Source: Octopus vulgaris (lineage: Eukaryota). Taken from it: a stretch of DNA of 64,000 nt. The stretch lies in contig OX597831.1 in NCBI GenBank assembly GCA_951406725.2, positions 54,188,001 through 54,252,000 on the forward strand. Reading direction: 5' to 3'. Of this stretch, positions 28,283 through 42,119 are shown in pieces; within the stretch, counting starts at the first letter, position 1; each line of letters begins with the position of its first letter. Below the pieces are notes generated by a model. That model was given only the letters and a program-made list of their open reading frames with translations. It was not told the DNA's origin and ran no database searches. The position numbers and the translations under genes are program-made.

Positions 28283-28714
28283 GGGATCTTTTCGGTTTGA
28301 ACGGCAGTTTTTTCTAGCGGTGTCATATGAAATTGTCACCCATAATTATGACCCTAGTATTGATCTATTGCATTTCAATCTGTTTTAGGGTTAGGGTTGT
28401 TAGGGTTAGGGTTGAGGGGAAGGGTATCTTTTTTTACTTCAGAAATGTAAATAAACCCAATCTGTTTCTTAAACGAGGGACATATTCATGCGGCACAGAA
28501 TGTTTTTTTTTACCTCAATGGACGTCAGTGATTGGTTGAAATTGCAGAAGCTGAAGAAAAAAAACAACAAATATCTTACTAACTATAGAATTTTCTCAAT
28601 AAAGCCAAGAGAAAAAGATGTTTTATAAACACATTCTACTATTATACGAAGTTAAAAATTTTTTAGTTACCTAGAAATTATGTTAAAAACTGTCGTTCAA
28701 ACCGAAAAGATCCC
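28283..28714. mobile_element. MITE with ~30-bp TIRs, 6-bp TSD and internal TTAGGG repeats
   Basis: ATGTTT|GGGATCTTTTCGGTTTGAACGGCAGTTTTT ... AAAAACTGTCGTTCAAACCGAAAAGATCCC|ATGTTT. Confidence 0.85.
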
Positions 28715-28740
28715 ATGTTTGTTCTAATGGATGCGAAAAC

Positions 28741-28794
<54 letters not shown>

Positions 28795-29118
28795 TCAGGT
28801 GAAGCGGATGATGCTATCAAAAGTAGTGGGTTCTAAGGAGCACTTCAGGTTCCTTTGTTTTGGACATTATTTGACTCATTTACTCCTCCCAAAGAGAAGT
28901 AAATGGATAGTAAACATTCATTAATAATATTAACTGGTTCTATATTTAAGAGATGGGGAATTATGTACACTATTTACATTATTTACAGTTGACGGATATT
29001 TGTCCTCATCTTGTTTGTTGTTAACAACCTTTCGGCTGATATACCCTCCAGCCTTCATCAGGTGTCTTGGGGAAATTTTGAACCTGGCTTCTCATTCCTG
29101 AGGTATTTTTCGATGTTG

Positions 29119-29179
<61 letters not shown>

Positions 29180-29511
29180 CATTATTGAGTGAGAGAGCAG
29201 TGCGTGCCATCAAAGTGTCACTGGGGTAAATTTATTAAGAAACATGTACGTGATGAGGTAAAAGATAACCGAAACATGTTCGAAGTTGTCTCTTCTATTT
29301 ATTGAAATGTGCACAATGATATTAGACATTCATCTTATGTTGTTTCTTTACCATACAAGTATTTCTAATTAGTTATTTAATGCTGACTACATTAATTATA
29401 TTGACACTAACTTAATTATTGTTCTTCTTGCAGACGGCATCTCTGAGTAGGTAACCTCAGTGAGTCGCTGTTGCTTGTTTACTTCCACTTGTTCGTTCGC
29501 GTAACTGGCAA

Positions 29512-29735
29512 AGGCGGCGAGCTGGCAGAAACGCCGGGCGAAATGCATAGCAGTATTTCGTCTGCCGTTACGTTCTGAGTTCAAATTCCGCCGAGGTTGA
29601 CTTTGCCTTTCATCCTTTCGGGGTCGATGAATTAAGTACCAGTTACGCACTGGGGTCGATGTAATCGACTTAATCCGTTTGTCTGTCCTTGTTTGTCCCC
29701 TCTCTGTGTAGCCCCTTGTGGGTAATAAAGAAATA
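29512..29735 (+). mobile_element. SINE family C
   Basis: GGCGGCGAGCTGGCAGAA..GAGTTCAAATTCCGCCGAGG. Copies at 16750-16860-, 17110-17290-, 57620-57825-, 60075-60470- (tandem), 60560-60740+. Confidence 0.8.
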
Positions 29736-30714
29736 TATATTACTATTTTGGCAAGTACACTGGACTTTGTGCAACACTGAGGAAGAATAATAATACGGAA
29801 ACATGTCCTTTGTTATTCCCTCTAATAACTACGGGGATTAAAATAATATTAGTCTTCAAATTGCTATTGTCTTTTCCACATCGCATACGTGTATCTACTT
29901 CGATATTTATTACTTACCACTTCAAAAATGTTAACACTGACTTAATCTTTTTCATGCGGCTGGTTTCTCTGAGCAGTTATCACAGAGATGTGTTTCTAGC
30001 TGTTTTGTTGTTGCTATTTTTTTCTATGGTGTTTACATCTTGTAGATATTTTAAATGGGACATTCGCTAAATAATCTTTCAATTTATATTAAGTAGTCGC
30101 TAGCATGTCTGTGAAACTACAGACTGGGAAGCGAGCTTAGCCTGTAATCTTGGGTTCCATTCCGCTGCGTGGCACCTTGGACAGATATCTGTTATTATAG
30201 CACCGGCCGAACAAAACCTCGTATGTGGATTTGGTAAACGGAAGCTGAAAGAAGCCTGCCAGTGTCCATCTCCCATGTTCCTGCCTTAGGCTTTCACTCC
30301 ATATTTTACTTCTACTTATTTATTCACGCCAGCTCAGTTTGAATCGTTCTCAGTCGAAAGACGCCTGTTGATATTTCTTGATGTTTGTATTCGTAATTCT
30401 GTACCATGTTCTCCGTTTTTTTTTTGTTTGTTTGTTTGTCTTTGTTGCTGTACACATTAGACCTGGCAAAGAGGTCTAATGCTCTTAGCTTAGAATTTTT
30501 GGGGGACAACCAAATCAAACCATCTCAAGTGTAACTATACGAAATGGTCGTGACTTCTGGTACTTGACTGAAGAAAGAAAGCCAAGAATTACCCGTCTTT
30601 TTTACCTGTCCATCTAATTGGTGTTTCTCTTGTTTGCCTATGTGTCGTCTATCTGTCTGAACGTTTTAATGCCCTCTATTGCATTTTTGTTTCATTTTTA
30701 TATATATATATATA

Positions 30715-30762
<48 letters not shown>

Positions 30763-30765
<3 letters not shown>

Positions 30766-31072
30766 GCGCAATGGCCCAGTGGTTAGGGCTGCGGACTCGC
30801 GGTTGTAGGATCGCGGTTTCGATTACCAGACTGGGCATTGTGAGTGTTTTTTTGAGCGAAAACACCTAAAGTTCCACGAGGCTCCGGCAGGGGGGGGGGG
30901 CGATCCTTGTTGTACTCTTTCGCTACAAGTTTCTCTTACTCTTTCTTCCGTTGGCCCGCTCGCTTAGCCAGTGGGGTGGCGTCATTTAAGGGTAAAACAA
31001 TGCGAAGTGCATTGTGACCAGCGATGTGTAGCAACATCTGATAGCCTGGTCGGTCACTGTGATCACGGTGAT
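30763..31072 (+). mobile_element. tRNA-derived SINE family B
   Basis: GGCGCAATGGCCCAGTGGTTAGGG..GGTTTCGATT. Copies or relatives at 1225-1381-, 10735-10978-, 11716-11840+, 13248-13395+, 14885-15205+, 25385-25466-, 31083-31323-. Confidence 0.8.
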
Positions 31073-31333
31073 ATATATATAATGTGATCATGTGACCGAC
31101 CAGATAGTCAGGTGTTGTTACACATCGCTGGTCACAATGCGTTTTGCATCGTTTAAGCCTACAAATGACGCCACCCCGCTGGCTATATGAGCAGACCAGC
31201 ATTTCTCCCTGATCGAAATGAAGTGTTTTGCTCAAGAACACAACGCGCCTCACAATTAGGGAATCGAACCCACGATGTAGGGATCGTGAGTGCAACAGCC
31301 TAACCACTAGGCCACGCGCCTTCACACAATATA

Positions 31334-31464
<131 letters not shown>

Positions 31465-31855
31465 CTAGCAGTATCGCCCGGCGTTGTAAGGGAAATAACT
31501 ATATAAGCATTTTTAGAGATGTAAAGTATAATAGCCATCTCAATATGGCTAACCACAAAGTGGGGGGGGGTGTTACTGTAGCATTTTACGTTCTGAGATT
31601 TAATAATAAATTTTTAGAGAGTTACTTCCATTATATATGCCAAAAATACATTAAAAATGGGAAAAGATGATGGTAAATTATTTTTAAAATCGTAGACTCA
31701 TCGTAGACGTGCGCTAATACCCAGAAGGGCTCGATATGAATCACGACTATAAGATACCCGGTTTTGGTTAAACTGCACCGCAAAATGTGGGAGTAGTTAG
31801 GAATCTAAATCGGAGGAGACAGACACTCACACAACTTCACTTTTATATATAAAGA
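31465..31855 (-). mobile_element. Non-autonomous Helitron, family 1
   Basis: Minus strand begins TCTTTATATATAAAAG and ends GCCGGGCGATACTGCTAG; A|T insertion context. Partial copy 31975-32101. Confidence 0.75.
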
Positions 31856-32941
31856 TATATACATGTGAGTCTATGCATGTATGTCTGTATGTATTTATCT
31901 GAGCATTGGTTCTCATGGAGGCAATGACCAAGATCTTTGGCATTGTGTTGCGCTTGAGGGGAAGACCCATCAAGAAGGGCTCGATATGACTCACGACTAT
32001 AAGATACCCGGTTTTGGTTACACTGCACCGCAAAATGTGGGAGTAGTTAGGAATCTAAATCGTTGGAGACAGACACACAACTTCACTCTTATATATAAAG
32101 ATATAAGTCACGTAGTTATATACACATACTTTGTTATATACACATTCTTAAAAGAAAATGTTATTTTGAATACAACATTTATAAAGAATAAAATATTTTT
32201 TGGTTTTTCTTAACCCTTTCGTTACTATATTTCTGACCAAAATACACCCCTTATGTGTTTCAATTAATTTCTAACGTAATCATAAATTTAGTCTGGTTTC
32301 ATTAAACAACTATAACTTTTTTATTTATCGATATATTAACGTGAATTTTGGAAGATAATTTAATGAAATGTCCTCAACCAATTCTATACTATAATTTTTG
32401 TCCCAATGTGACTCTAATTGCAGGTAGATACAGGTAAATTCCACAAAATATAAAATTATTAAAATTTTGTTCAAACATCGCTATAGAAAATGGGTTATTA
32501 GCTAATATTCAATTGGGTATACAACAAAATTTTACGATAGAATTTGTTATTCTGGGTAACTTTCTGATACCCATAATAATATTTATGGCAAAATAGTCTT
32601 AATTTCATTTAAGGTTGTGGGAAATAACAAACTATCCTTTCTTTCTCTTTGTTTACGTTTAGCGTAACGGTTCGTTTCTGCCGTAAAGATTTCTAATGGG
32701 CTCATTCGAAAAAGTAAATAGAAATAATTTAAGGCTTTACTCTTCTGGGAAAGTCTGTGGCTTGGTGCAGTTTCTTCAGAAAAATCACCGAAAGAAACAG
32801 TTTTTAAATTTTCACTCCATTCAGATACCAATTCATTTTCTTAATCGCTGTCGGATTCACTTTTTCACTTTAATAGCTGCAAACTTGCAAAGACAAAGGA
32901 GGAGAAGAGTGATAGCGTCAGTGAAACAATTCGCTCCCTTT

Positions 32942-33185
32942 GTGTGTGTGTGCGTTTGCGTGTGGTGTAAGCCACACTAAGAAAAACATTTGACATATAC
33001 ACCAGAATGTGAGTTTTCTCTAAATTTTGCTTAATTGGGGTTGAAATTTTAAAAAGTGGACCTGGCATGACCCGATGCATTCTACTCTTAAAAATGCTAG
33101 GTAAATTGTAATTGAAGAAATCCTATATTGTAGATTTCTATAAGATACAAAGGGAGGCAGATAAAATCTGCCTTTTATAATAAGA
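32942..33185 (-). mobile_element. Helitron-like family 2, 5' segment (second copy 34113-34356)
   Basis: Minus strand begins TCTTATTATAAAAGG; ~245-bp direct repeat with 34113-34356. Confidence 0.6.
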
Positions 33186-33581
33186 CTAGCAGTATCGCCC
33201 GGCGTTGCTCGGGTTTGTAAGGGAAATAACTATATAAGCATTTTTAGAGAGTTATAGCCAAAAAATAGGGAAAAAATGCATTAAAAATGGAAAAAAAATT
33301 AAGGTAAATTTCTTTTTAAATCGTTGACACATCGTAGATATTTTTAGAGAGTTACTTCCCTTATATAAAAGCGAAAAAAATGCATTAAAATGGAAAAATA
33401 TGATGGTAAATTTTTTTAAAATCGTAGACTCATCGTAGACGCGCGCTAATACCCAGAAGGGCTCGATATGAATCACGACTATAAGATACCCGCTTTTGGT
33501 TAAACTGCACCGCAAAATGTGGGAGTAATTACGAATGTAAATCGAAGGGGACAGACACACAACTTCACTCTTATATAAAGA
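33186..33581 (-). mobile_element. Non-autonomous Helitron, family 1
   Basis: Same termini; GC-rich subterminal hairpin CCCGAGCAACGCCGGG then CTAG. Confidence 0.75.
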
Positions 33582-34353
33582 TGCTTTTTTTTTCAGTCAT
33601 AGAGTTAGATTTATGAAGGTCTTCAGTAGAAAATCCTTCGAATTCTGACTCGCTGCTTGATATAATGAAATTCGTATCCATTTTTTGTCAGAATTACAAA
33701 TTTTGAAAGCACAATAGGAACAAATTTCGGAAAAAAATCTCCCATAATTCACGGAATTAAAATTACACTTCGATTTTTGTACAAAACTGTATTTGAAGTG
33801 TTTACGAAGTATAATACGTGTTTTCACGAATGTACTAAAGAGATTTGCTCTGATATTCTCATTTAAATATGAATAGGTAAATTCGGGCGGTTGGTAACGA
33901 AAGGGTTTATATAAGTGTCGTCTGTTTATACATAAACACTGTTTCATAGTTTCAGTTTAGTTTTCCTCAAATCACTGTCGCTAATTTACTCTCTTCCAAG
34001 AACATTTTCACTCACTGTTATCTGTTAGCTTCCCATACATTTTACTCATGTATCTATCAGCGTGATAGACAGAAACAAATATTACATTTACTTTCATTTT
34101 ATTCGTTGCCCACTGTGTGTGTGCGTTTGCGTGTGGTGTAAACCAGACTAAGAAAAGCATTTGACACACACACCAGAATGTGAGTTTTCTGTAAATTTTG
34201 CTTAATTGGAGTTTAAATTTTAAAAACTGGACCTGGCATGACGCGATGCATTGTACTCTTAAAACTGCTAGGTAAATTGTAATTGAAGAAATCCTATATT
34301 GTAGATTTGTATAACTCCCAAAGGGAGGCAGATAAAATCTGCCTTTTATAATA

Positions 34354-34418
<65 letters not shown>

Positions 34419-34528
34419 GTGTGTGAAGGCGTGTGGCCTAGTGGTTATATATATATACACATACATACATGCATATATATAGGCATATATATATATGTTA
34501 TATATATATATATTTATATATATATATG

Positions 34529-34641
<113 letters not shown>

Positions 34642-34708
34642 GAAACAATTACTGCCTTCTTATACTACATGTTACATTTCATCGTTACATACCTACATTC
34701 ATACATAC

Positions 34709-34755
<47 letters not shown>

Positions 34756-36422
34756 TATATATATATATGTGTATGTATGTATGTGTATGTATGTATGTAT
34801 GTATGTATGTATGTATGTATGTATGTATGTATGAATGTATGTAACGACGAAATGTAACATGTAGTATTAGAAGGCAGTAATTGTTTCTAGACGGGCTGGT
34901 ATAATATAATTCGTAAAGCGTGCCAGGTTAAGATAGTTAATTTCTTCTTATGTAAGTGTGTACACGTTCTCATTGTAGCAGTAAAAAGATAGAGAAAGGG
35001 TGATGCTGCAGAGAAGAGAAATGAGCAAGTGAGAGTGAGTGAGGGAGAGTGAGTGAGTGAGAGTGAGTGTGAGAGAGTGAGTGAGTGAGCTTCGTTTGGT
35101 GAGTTACCATAGTTTTCCCTCTGTCCCTTTTCATTCCGTTGAAGGTGTTTCGTTCAGCCGGTCTGCCTACTCTCTTATTAGTGGGTTCTCACTGACTTTG
35201 GCTTACGGAGTTCTTGTATTTATAACTATACAAAACTAGCTAGAAAAATAGGTATATTGCAGCGAACAAAAGATGTTCTTTGGAGGTCGATTGTTATCTC
35301 AATTCAACTTTCCACCGCATACAAGAGGTTAGAAGGGTCAAGTGGCAAATACATAAATCGGTTTAGCGAAGCCATGTTTTCATTGTAACTGCTGTCACTC
35401 TTGCTTTCCTGTGAGAAAAGTGATGTTGAAATGTTAAAGGAAATTATCAGATTCAGGTTCGAATCTACTCTTTGCCTAAATGAAGTCACTACATATATAT
35501 ATATACAAGTGTGTTTATGTCTATGTCATGGTTTGTTAACGTTCTCACAACTTAGCAGTTCGACAAAAGAGAATGATAAAATATATTCCAAGCTTTAAAA
35601 AAAACCGGGGTCAATTTGTTCGACTAAATCCTTCAAAGTGGTGCCCCAGCATGGCCGCAGTCCAAAGAGCGAAACAAGTAAAAACAAAATAAAAGATAGT
35701 ATTTTCGTTTCTACTCAGTTTGTCTCCATGTTACCAGCACTTCGTAAATATTTATTCTGGGCTATTCCAGTCTTTTCCAATCAATTACATTTCTAAAAAA
35801 GAAACAATTTTTACTGCTTTGGCTACAAACGTAGTTATTTCTCTGCTATATTTAGAGCTCATCTTGCACCACACACTGAAAGATAACGCTGCAAGTTAGA
35901 GAGATCTTCACCTTCTTTTCTTCCGTTGACTTATATCGGGCGCGATAACGGATGTCACACATCCCAATAATTACAGGATTATAATGGTATAGTTGTTCTA
36001 TCAATTATCTTTCTAAGCTAATAATACCTGGAGTCGTCGTTCCTCAAAGGAATGTTGTAGCCATTGGGTATATAGGATATCCATCTACATCAAACCTTAA
36101 GTGTAAGCTACAAACATTAAGATGATTTGTTCGGGATTTTCCATTTCATACATTTTTTAAACTGCAATTTTACAAGCTAAGCAATAAAGACTCTCCCAAT
36201 CTCTCTCTCTCTCTCACACACTCACTCACTCTCTCTCCTTTTCACTCACTCACCTTTTCTTACTCTCCCTTTTACACACTCACCCTCACTCTCTTACTTT
36301 CTCTCTTTCTCTCTCCCAGTTTCTCTCCCCTTTCAGTCTCTTTTCCACACTGTCTCCCTCTCTCCTCTCTCTTGCTCGCTTTCCCTCTCTCTACGTTTCT
36401 CACTTGTCTTCAACGGGAGAGT

Positions 36423-36478
<56 letters not shown>

Positions 36479-36519
36479 TACATATACATATATATATACA
36501 TATATATATATACATATAC

Positions 36520-36623
<104 letters not shown>

Positions 36624-36844
36624 TTCGACAAACGAAATATACACCTCGGCTTTAGAATAACACAAATCCACACGCAAATATTACATTCCTAAGAATCCAT
36701 TACAAATCAGCCCCAATCACAGCTATAACCCATAACGTGCCAACACCTCACTACTTCCACTCATTCATATTCTCCCTCCTCTTTCTTCTTCTTCTTCTTC
36801 CCCTCTTCATCATCATCATCATTATCATCATCATCATCATCATC

Positions 36845-36876
<32 letters not shown>

Positions 36877-36948
36877 CTTCTTCTTCTTCTTCTTCTTCTT
36901 CTTCTTCTCCTTCTATCTTCTTCTTCTTCAGCATCATCAACATCGTCG

Positions 36949-36989
<41 letters not shown>

Positions 36990-37526
36990 TTCTTCTTCTT
37001 CTTCTTCTTCTTCTTCACTTCTTCTTCATCTTCTTCTCCTTCTTCTTCTTGTTCTTCTTCTTCTTCTTCTTCTTCTTCTTCTTCTTCTTCTTCTTCTCCC
37101 CCTTCTACTTCCTAACTTTATCACTAATGCTTTTTAGTATAAAACCTACGCAAATTCTATAAACAAACCTTTCAATAGAAATATTCTCATGAACTGCTAG
37201 CCGCCACTGACCATTCAAAATACAACAATCAAGGCACTCCCAAATCCCCCCCTTCTCCTCATCATCCCTCTTCTTCTTCCCTACCAAGAATTCACAACGA
37301 CCTCGAACCCACAAGTGTGAACAAGAGAGACAGAGCAAAGCAGAAACAAGGAAAATGCCACTTATATTTGAACACTTTACAAATATTCATTTAAAAAAAC
37401 ATTTCTTTTAATTTTTCTAAATTTAATTATTTAATCGTTACAGTTGAAAAGGTCTCAAAATGACTGAAACCGGTACTGAAATGTTCTTTATTAAATTATT
37501 TTAACATTTTCTATTTTGACTTATTT

Positions 37527-37617
<91 letters not shown>

Positions 37618-37895
37618 AGGGGAGAATTCACTAAAAAACTAAAGACGAAGACAGGTGATGTAGATAAGAAACAGATGTATTAGTTTAATGCTCGGGAAGT
37701 GAAAAAGTTTTTAATGTTTCGAGCCTACGTTCTTCCACAGAAAGGAACACAGAAAGAAACAGGGAGAGAAAATAAAGAATGTGTAGTAGCTAGCGATCTA
37801 TCATGGCGAGTGTCAGACAGAGGGGTCACACAGGAGAGCTAGGAAGAAGGGGAGATTATAAAGTAGTGGTGATCCCAAAATGAAGGTCCGCGTGC
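37618..37895 (-). repeat. Solo pLTR of the Neptune-type element
   Basis: Reverse complement of ~25560-25810; flanked by (TA)n. Confidence 0.7.
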
Positions 37896-37931
37896 GTATA
37901 TATATATATATATATATATAGTAACCACAGA

Positions 37932-38714
37932 ATGACTAATAACATTAACATTAATAGTAATAATAGCAATGCCGATATTAGTAGAAGTAATAATGTTAAT
38001 AATAGAAATAATAGAAATAGGGAAAATAGAGAAAATAAGGAGAATGAAAATATTAGTGATATCTATAACAACAATATGCAGTCGGATAAAAAGACTAGCA
38101 ATAATATTAACATTACCAATAATATAAGAAATCATGGTAGGACTTTAGATCTAAATAATGAAACAGAAGGATCAAGAAATAATAGCAGTACTTTAGATAT
38201 CAGCACCAACTATAGAAATGATAATCAAAATAATAGGAACCTAAAACATCTACCCAAGAATAATCCAAAGCCTGAAGGTGTTCCTCCTGTGTGTAAGTGT
38301 AGAATAAAATCAAAATGCCCGGCACCTGGTCTATGTGGAGAAAATAATGTAATCTATAAATGTACCATATCCACGGAGAATAACAAATATCATTACATTG
38401 GATGTACAATAAATTTTTTAGCTAGAGTTAGAAATCACATCTCGACTTTTAAATTACGTCATAAAGCTGGTACCACCACACTTTCAAACAAAATCTGGGA
38501 ACTCAAAAATAATAATAAAAATTATAACCTTAATTGGGAAATAGTTAGGAGAGCAATTCCGTATAAAAATAGTAGGGTTGGTTGCCAACTATGCTCCATG
38601 GAGACATATGAAATTCTAAAGCATAGAAAACATAGAAACCTATTGAATAACCATATCGAGCTAGGTCAAGTTTGTGTCCACGCTAAATTGAAGACTTTAA
38701 AATATTTTAAATGA
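37932..38714 (+). CDS. GIY-YIG endonuclease domain of a Penelope-like element (intact frame, lacks RT)
   Basis: NVIYKC...YHYIGCT...RVRNH...TTLSNKIWELK...CQLCSME...CVH motifs. Confidence 0.8.
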   Translation: MTNNININSNNSNADISRSNNVNNRNNRNRENRENKENENISDIYNNNMQSDKKTSNNINITNNIRNHGRTLDLNNETEGSRNNSSTLDISTNYRNDNQNNRNLKHLPKNNPKPEGVPPVCKCRIKSKCPAPGLCGENNVIYKCTISTENNKYHYIGCTINFLARVRNHISTFKLRHKAGTTTLSNKIWELKNNNKNYNLNWEIVRRAIPYKNSRVGCQLCSMETYEILKHRKHRNLLNNHIELGQVCVHAKLKTLKYFK

Positions 38715-40279
38715 TTAGAATATTCGTAACTAGATAGATTGATATAACCTGTTTTCTACTGGTATAGCACTGCTTTAAGTAGATAAATAAGAGTTCTCAC
38801 ACTACAGTTATCTTTGTCCTATATCTGCATCAGTTTTTGAGAACAGGGAAATGAATAGCACTTATTCGCTGCTTAATTGAGGCTTTATTTAATTTCAAAC
38901 TCACAATTTTTAAATTTTTTGAAATTTTTTTAAATTCTTAATTTTAAATCTTAATTGTAATTTTTAATTTTAGTTCCCAACTTAATCTAATTTAATTAGC
39001 ATAACTCTAATTAATTAGAATGAGTTACTATAGACCCATAATTCTACTTCAAAATTAAATAAATGAGACTATTCCCTCGGTGATAATATGATTATCTTCA
39101 TTATGATAGACAATCCCCTAACACCTTTTAAATGATCTTCTAAGACTTGACCTGTAGTCCGTCAATGTATGAATAATAACGGCAACTCCTTAAGACAATA
39201 AAATGAATAAATTAAATAAGTAAATTTTAATGACTTTTTGATAAGATTATACCTAGTTTTCCCTAATGTATTTTCTGGTGATTTTAGCATCTGACCCCGA
39301 AACCCCTAACTGTGTTATCTCTTTAGATTCTCTTTAAATTCATAGCTGGTTTCAACAGCAATAAATTAGCTGTTTTAACTGGTCAAAGAATAATATTCTC
39401 CCCTAATTCCTAGATGCCTGTAAGCTAAAACCAGACTTGTCGTCTACCAATTCTTCTGTATAACTAGAAACCTTTTTTCTTTTTCTTTCTTCTTTCTTCT
39501 TTTTTCTTTTTTCTTCTTTTTCTCTTTTTTTTTTTTTTTTTTTTTTCCCTTCCTTCCCTATTTCTTTCTCTTTTCTCTTTTTCTTTTTCTTCTTCTTATC
39601 CTCTTTTTCCTTTTCTCTTCTCTTTGAGTCCCCCTTTCCCCCCCTTTTTTGCTCCCTCCTCTTTTATTTTCTCTCTATTTTATTTTCTCTCTTTTCTTCT
39701 ATGCCCTTCCCTCTTCTATTCTATACAGCTCTAGTAAGCTCTTCAACCTTAAAAGTTAAATAGCTACAGCCTCTTGTAAATAGCAGTAATCTGATTAATG
39801 TGACAAATACCTATTCATATAGCAAGATTTGATACCTACCTCATTGTGTTCAACCATTGATAAATTTATCGCCGGTGAATATGAAATTCCTTGGAAATTT
39901 ACACCTACACCATTGGAAATTGTGCATCTATACAAAGGATTAACTCACCCTCTCTGTAATGCTAATAAGCAGGAATTGAAACCCACCTCGTTGTAATTGA
40001 CAATGGATAAATTTGCTTTCTGTGAGTATGTAACCCCTCATCATATCTCTGGAAATTCATATGTGCACTATGGATCGGGTCACCTTCTCTGTGATGCTAT
40101 TAAGACTTTTTTGAAATTCTGTGATGCTATTAAGACTTTTTTGAAATTCTGTGATAAGACTGTACATCATCTTTAAAGAACTTTAATGAACTTTTGAAAT
40201 CTGTTTATGTTACTTAATTATCTACATTACTTCATGAGTATAGCCTCAACCACTAGGATGTCTAGAGAACTCACATGTA

Positions 40280-40370
40280 TTTTAGCTGATGAGTACGGGA
40301 CACGTTTATATGCTGTAATTTTTGCAACTTTTAATAAAACCTGTCCTTGTATGAAACGATCGTACTAAAA
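40280..40370 (+). ncRNA. Type I hammerhead ribozyme (GUA triplet)
   Basis: ttttag-CTGATGA-gtacgggaca...tgtccttgtat-GAAAC-GATC-GTA-ctaaaa. Confidence 0.8.
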
Positions 40371-40516
40371 ACCTATCCATTCTTGTTGCTTCATTCTCGC
40401 TTATAATCACCCCACATTACTGTATTGTTAAATCAGTATAGTTTTTTTGGTGCATCTAAGTTAGGTACCATATTCAAGTAAATTCATTTAAATTAACTTG
40501 AATCTTTATTGCTTTT

Positions 40517-40590
<74 letters not shown>

Positions 40591-41007
40591 TGAGCACTGT
40601 CGTATTAAATCGCTTCTATTGACACCGTTGTTAAAATATAGATGGTTAAGCAGAAACATTTCCTTTGTCGATACAAAACAGGGGTTTTATCAAAACGAAG
40701 ATTAGAAAGTTTAGGAGTTTAATCTCGATGCAGTTAACAGTGAAAAAAAAAGGCTTTGACTCATCCTCTCAACATGTTTGCATTTTCCTTTAAGACGATT
40801 ATAAATAAAAGATAGATTTAAGCAGAAATATTATATACTTCTACATTTATGTATGTGTGTGTATTTGTGTGGCGGGGTCCGCGCGCGCGCGTGTATGTAT
40901 GTACATTCATACACATAATTTATGCACATATATATATATACATATATATTTACATACATATATATATATATATATATATTATAATAATAACAATAATAAT
41001 AATAATA

Positions 41008-41084
<77 letters not shown>

Positions 41085-41774
41085 CATCATTATTATCATT
41101 ATAATAATTATTATTATATTATATTATATGTTATATATGCATCCTAAGGAAACCTACTGCTAAAAAGATTTTGTTAGATTCTGTTGGGTTTTTTTTAATA
41201 AGTTTGATTAAAGAGATTAAAGCATAGAGTGACTAAGGTTCGAGTTGGTTTAAATCTTTATTCTTTCTTTCTTTAAGAGTGTTAATTTGAAACTAGAATA
41301 TCTGTGTATCTCCATTGTTTCTGACATCGTGACCTCACGACACCACACGCAAGCGTCAAGCCAACGAGCCGCTTGATCTGATAGAAATAGCAACCAAATC
41401 GTCTTTAAGTCACACTATATCGTAATAAAAGGGGGATAAAGTCATGCCAGATATTCTGAAAGGGAGAGTATAGTCTCAGCTGGAATACTGCTTATTGTAG
41501 GTCTGCCTTATCAACAGCAACCAAAAACAATTACTTATATAGATAACCATATTTGAAGCTACTAAAGGGTCTGTTCAGTTTCGATCACAGATTTTTTTAA
41601 TTATTGTTAACTGAACAGCTTGAAACATCGTATACTGGTGTAATTTCTCAAGCTGAACACGGTTTACTTTCAACATTTTTGGCAAAATTTCGTATTTTAG
41701 AAAGTATTTCGTGTTAAAGTTATCGTATTTGTGTGTGATAGAGAGAGAGAGAGAGAATCAGTCAGTCAAAGGTT

Positions 41775-41815
<41 letters not shown>

Positions 41816-41901
41816 TACACTCACGCACATATACATACAAAAAAGACGTATGCATATTTATTTATGTATGTACGTATACATGACAACACACCCCTTCTCT
41901 C

Positions 41902-41939
<38 letters not shown>

Positions 41940-42119
41940 GTCCATTTCATCTGATGTTTGATACTGTATGTATGTGTGTGTGCGGGGGGTGAGGCGTTCC
42001 ACAATCACCATTTATTTCAATCACTCTTGTGAAGATGTTCACGTAACTCATTTTTTCATGTAATCCCCATTTTAATTTTCGAAAAAGTTTCCGAGCACAA
42101 TGTTCTCCCTCTCTGTTGA

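Larger units (their letters stand above)
32214..33905. mobile_element. piggyBac-type non-autonomous element with nested Helitrons
   Basis: TTAA|CCCTTTCGTTAC ... GTAACGAAAGGG|TTTA terminal inverted repeats. Confidence 0.65.
37921..40520 (+). mobile_element. 5'-truncated Naiad-type Penelope-like element in (TA)n, with long 3' UTR/pLTR
   Basis: Open 260-aa frame: Asn-rich linker, CKCRIKSKCP..C, VIY..YIG..RVRNH..CQLC..CVH. Hammerhead at 40280-40370; (TA)n on both sides. Confidence 0.85.

Noticed and set aside
28385-28418. Telomere or chromosome-fusion scar
   Set aside because: Short tract internal to a TIR element with an intact TSD.
29248-29812. Two hammerhead-like remnants (GTGATGAG..GAAACATGTT at ~29250; CTGAGGA..GAAACATGTC at ~29778)
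   Set aside because: Core or stems too degenerate to call.
30763-30835. tRNA-like sequence with A and B boxes
   Set aside because: Head of a multicopy SINE; no proper cloverleaf or terminator.
38715-40280. Possible SECIS element in Naiad 3' UTR
   Set aside because: No in-frame TGA at Cys positions and no convincing SECIS stem found by eye.
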